A stretch of 64,000 nucleotides of DNA, from IMG/VR virus record IMGVR_UViG_3300043411_001204, one strand, 5' to 3'. Shown piece by piece: positions 61,257 through 64,000 of the stretch. A model generated the notes under the pieces. The model worked only from the letters and a program-made list of their open reading frames with translations, made no database searches and was not told where the DNA came from. Both the position numbers and the translations under genes were made by a program. Position 1 is the first letter of the stretch; every line of letters begins with the position of its first letter. The stretch is from an uncultured virus (IMG/VR IMGVR_UViG_3300043411_001204) (taxonomy: Duplodnaviria > Heunggongvirae > Uroviricota > Caudoviricetes).

Positions 61257-61985
61257 ATGGTACTACAGCTCCCCCCAAATGCCGGTCCTGCAAGAGACCA
61301 AGCGATCCTACACTACGTGCTTGGTAACAACTACGAGCACGAGTGGGCAGTAATTAACTCAACTCACGAAGGGCGGACCGCTGAGTTTTGGGTTTCCTCA
61401 GACGCCCTTAAAGTAGAGGGTGTGCGTGTCAACCTAAATGCACGCTTGCAGCAGTCTATTGCAGACTTCCTCGATGGGTCTCTACTGACAGCTAAGTTGT
61501 ACGACCTCATGTGGGCGCAGAGGGAGATTACTATCCCGCCCTTCCCGAGGTCTATAACATCAAGCACGGAGGCTATGCTAAAGCACTCCCTTGCTATTGA
61601 CACCTACCTAAGTAATAGGTTCGATTCCTTAGGGGATGGAGTCAAGTCTACCGTAGGGAAAACCTGGATCATAGACAACAGTGTTAGTGCTAAGAGGGCC
61701 ATGAACTATGGCTGGCACTTTCAGGGGTCCAGTTTCCAAGGCATCAAAGGCGAGCTTACAGCGTCCAACCTAAAGGATGAGGCTGGGAATCTTGTGCGCC
61801 TTATCCAAGGCAGGGGGACGCGTCATGGGCCAGAGCATGACGATTACAGCCAAGTTGGGTTGTTTGTATCTAGGGAGTGCCGAGTCGATGGTCAGGTCTT
61901 CGACCTACATGACCTTCTTACCTCCCCTACCTTAGCCCCACTGGCAAGTCATCAAGGCGTTGTCCGAGTTCTTCGGCAACCCTAA
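61257..61985 (+). CDS. Hypothetical protein, putative hydrolase
   Basis: GKTW, NYGWH, IQG...H...HDDYSQ look like catalytic motifs. Confidence 0.6.
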   Translation: MVLQLPPNAGPARDQAILHYVLGNNYEHEWAVINSTHEGRTAEFWVSSDALKVEGVRVNLNARLQQSIADFLDGSLLTAKLYDLMWAQREITIPPFPRSITSSTEAMLKHSLAIDTYLSNRFDSLGDGVKSTVGKTWIIDNSVSAKRAMNYGWHFQGSSFQGIKGELTASNLKDEAGNLVRLIQGRGTRHGPEHDDYSQVGLFVSRECRVDGQVFDLHDLLTSPTLAPLASHQGVVRVLRQP

Positions 61986-61998
61986 AGGAGAGTCCTGG

Positions 61999-62574
61999 AT
62001 GTTGGTAGTTACTCCTCGGGTAGAGATGCGTCCGCTTACAAGTGAGCGACTGCAACTCTCTCCCCTATGTACCCGAGACACCGCAGGAATGTTTGAGGGG
62101 GTGGAGGCTTCTCGTAACTACCTCAAACCCTGGCTACCATGGGTTCCATTTGTCTACGACTTCGACTCAACGCTACGTTACATAGAATCCAGTATGTCCG
62201 ACTGGGACTCTGGAACGGCATACCGCCTATCTATTCACGAGCGTAGTACCGATAGGTTTCTTGGAGTTGTCGGTCTTGAGGGGGTCTCCCACATGCACGA
62301 TAACGTAGAGCTAGGCTACTGGGTCAGATCAGATGTAGCTAGTCAAGGATATACCACTGAGGCCGCAAGTCTAATTCTACCGTGGTCATTTTCAGCTCGG
62401 GTCCACAGGATTAGAGTTGCAGCTGCTACAACGAACCTAGCTTCCTTACGAGTGATACGTAAGTTGGGGTTCCATCATGAGGGGGTCTCCCGTGATGCCG
62501 AGCGTTGTAATGGCAAGTGGCTAGACCACGAAGTGTTCTCGTTGCTTAAGACGGACTGGGACCTGAAGCCTTAA
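61999..62574 (+). CDS. RimJ/RimL-family GNAT N-acetyltransferase
   Basis: LKPWLPW, ELGYW, QGYTTEA, NLASLRVIRKLGF..EG. Confidence 0.88.
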   Translation: MLVVTPRVEMRPLTSERLQLSPLCTRDTAGMFEGVEASRNYLKPWLPWVPFVYDFDSTLRYIESSMSDWDSGTAYRLSIHERSTDRFLGVVGLEGVSHMHDNVELGYWVRSDVASQGYTTEAASLILPWSFSARVHRIRVAAATTNLASLRVIRKLGFHHEGVSRDAERCNGKWLDHEVFSLLKTDWDLKP

Positions 62575-63742
62575 GCCCTGCTTTGGTTGAGGTGACTCCC
62601 TCAAGGAGTTTCTTCATCAACTTAATGCTAGCGAGTACCTCTTCCGTGGTGTCACCACTTTGCAGGCGAAGAGCAATCTCCCTCACGTAGTCTTGAGATA
62701 GCCCTTCAGAGGCTAGTACAAAAGAGTCGATATCCCACTGCATCGGGGTATCCTTCAAGTACCCTGAAAGAAGACTTTTACGCTCTTCGGTGGCTGGGAG
62801 AGGGAATTCGAACCATGTATCTACGCGACCAGGGCGTAGGAGCCCAGCATCGAAAGAGTCTGTTGTGTTTGAGGTCAAGATTACTGAGGTTTTGGGGTGG
62901 TCAATCTTAAACTTCTGAAGGAGGTCAAGGACTGTAGGCATGACCTTGGACAGGTCCGCCTTATCCAGATCATCGATGATTAGGAATTCTGGGTTCAGGC
63001 CATCCAGCAGAAATGACATCGCCTGCACCTCACAGTAAGCTAGGGTAGATGCATCGAACTTGAGAATACGACTACCTAATCTAGAGGCGAATTCCATTGC
63101 GAATGATGTCTTACCTGTACCTGGGGGCCCAAAAAACATGTAGGACCTTGGCACTCCTTGCGCTACCCAGGCTCGATGCCGCTGCACCCTTTTCTGCATT
63201 TGCACCTCAGCGTCACCATACAACGGGCTACCGAACACTCCAAAGCTTGTAAACTTGTGATCGATGCGACCTGACAAGTTCACTGCGGACACATGGATTC
63301 GACCGTCATAGACGCTCCACATCTTGTCGAACGCTTCCTCGAACACAAACCCCTTGGAGTGGTAGAACGTAGGCTCCTTTCTACCATCGCTATATTGGTA
63401 CTCTAGAAAGAACAGGCGCCCATGCGTTGGAGAGGTTGCCTCAATTACATCTAGGTAGTCGGTAATCCCGTACTTGTGCACATGGAACTCGTCTTTGAGC
63501 TTGGTGTCGAAGAACAAGCTCACAAATTGAGCATTCGTAGTTGAGTCAAGGTTGTACTTCTGAACGAGAGTTGCAGCTCCACGGTTTTTCCCAGGGTTGA
63601 CCGCGTCTTCGATAATGTCAATCAGCGAAAGGCACTTTACAAAAGTAGTAAAGGCAGAGTCCTCGCTTTTTGGTAGCTTATCTGCTACCGCAGTAGCTAC
63701 CTTGAGGCCTAGTCGAATACGATGGAAAAACTCTAAGTTCAT
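62546..63742 (-). CDS. AAA+ ATPase (BCS1/FtsH-like module)
   Basis: RSYMFFGPPGTGKTS, IIDDLD, LTSN, LLRPGRVD. Confidence 0.88.
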   Translation of the reverse strand: MNLEFFHRIRLGLKVATAVADKLPKSEDSAFTTFVKCLSLIDIIEDAVNPGKNRGAATLVQKYNLDSTTNAQFVSLFFDTKLKDEFHVHKYGITDYLDVIEATSPTHGRLFFLEYQYSDGRKEPTFYHSKGFVFEEAFDKMWSVYDGRIHVSAVNLSGRIDHKFTSFGVFGSPLYGDAEVQMQKRVQRHRAWVAQGVPRSYMFFGPPGTGKTSFAMEFASRLGSRILKFDASTLAYCEVQAMSFLLDGLNPEFLIIDDLDKADLSKVMPTVLDLLQKFKIDHPKTSVILTSNTTDSFDAGLLRPGRVDTWFEFPLPATEERKSLLSGYLKDTPMQWDIDSFVLASEGLSQDYVREIALRLQSGDTTEEVLASIKLMKKLLEGVTSTKAGLKASGPSPS

Positions 63743-63960
63743 GTGATAAGTACCCCTGTCTCTGTTATGTAGTCTTTGGCGCTTAGGGCGGATAGTACAC
63801 TAGAGTTCATCGTAAAGCCTGTCCCCTTTTGGGTGGCGTAGCGATTTACAGTGTGCTCCTTGTGTCCATCTCGGTAGGTGCGAGAGGGTAACCTTCGGAC
63901 AGCGATTGTGTGGACCTGCGACCCTGAACCAGATTCCCCAAAGTATGGTAGGAGCGTCAT
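63739..63960 (-). CDS. Hypothetical protein
   Basis: Coupled to the AAA gene. Confidence 0.4.
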   Translation of the reverse strand: MTLLPYFGESGSGSQVHTIAVRRLPSRTYRDGHKEHTVNRYATQKGTGFTMNSSVLSALSAKDYITETGVLIT

Positions 63961-64000
63961 CGCGAGTACCCCACTTTTCTGTAACAGGTACTGGTCTATC

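Noticed and set aside
1..64000. Stop-codon reassignment
   Set aside because: Conserved genes (polA, thyA, clpX, dam) are full length in the standard code, and TAA, TAG and TGA all end genes

Overview
This 64 kb window is gene-dense, mostly + strand and about 50% GC by eye. It looks like part of a large (probably jumbo-type) dsDNA bacteriophage genome: tightly coupled ORFs, many orphans, no rRNA or ribosomal-protein operons. The host cannot be determined and no capsid, terminase or tail gene is clearly recognisable. Recognisable content: a replication block (SNF2 helicase, DnaB-like helicase, stand-alone primase zinc finger, family A DNA polymerase), nucleotide metabolism (ThyA, DHFR, 5'-nucleotidase, MazG-like, DHH), RNase HII, a Dam-type methylase, a DUF2997/DUF1257/Ycf46 triad, ClpX and three other AAA+ ATPases, two closely related inteins, and HNH and GIY-YIG endonucleases. 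Strongest candidate new system: a dispersed set of proteins sharing an N-terminal [RKN]-V-x-x-[RK]-[FY]-x-x-A-like leader. It includes four anthrax-lethal-factor-like HExxH metalloproteases and two J-domain paralogues, several preceded by a shared T-rich upstream DNA motif, suggesting tagged (possibly virion-packaged) effector cargo. Other notable signals: a C-terminal SRF[DE]R tag on unrelated proteins, a GGTGTA motif 9-12 nt before start codons (probable leaderless promoters), a promoter-driven ~110 nt non-coding RNA with tRNA-like loops and an anti-Shine-Dalgarno loop, a vWA gene apparently split by an antisense HNH gene, and a palindromic operator array over a sigma70 promoter. All calls come from motif recognition by eye; no database search was run.
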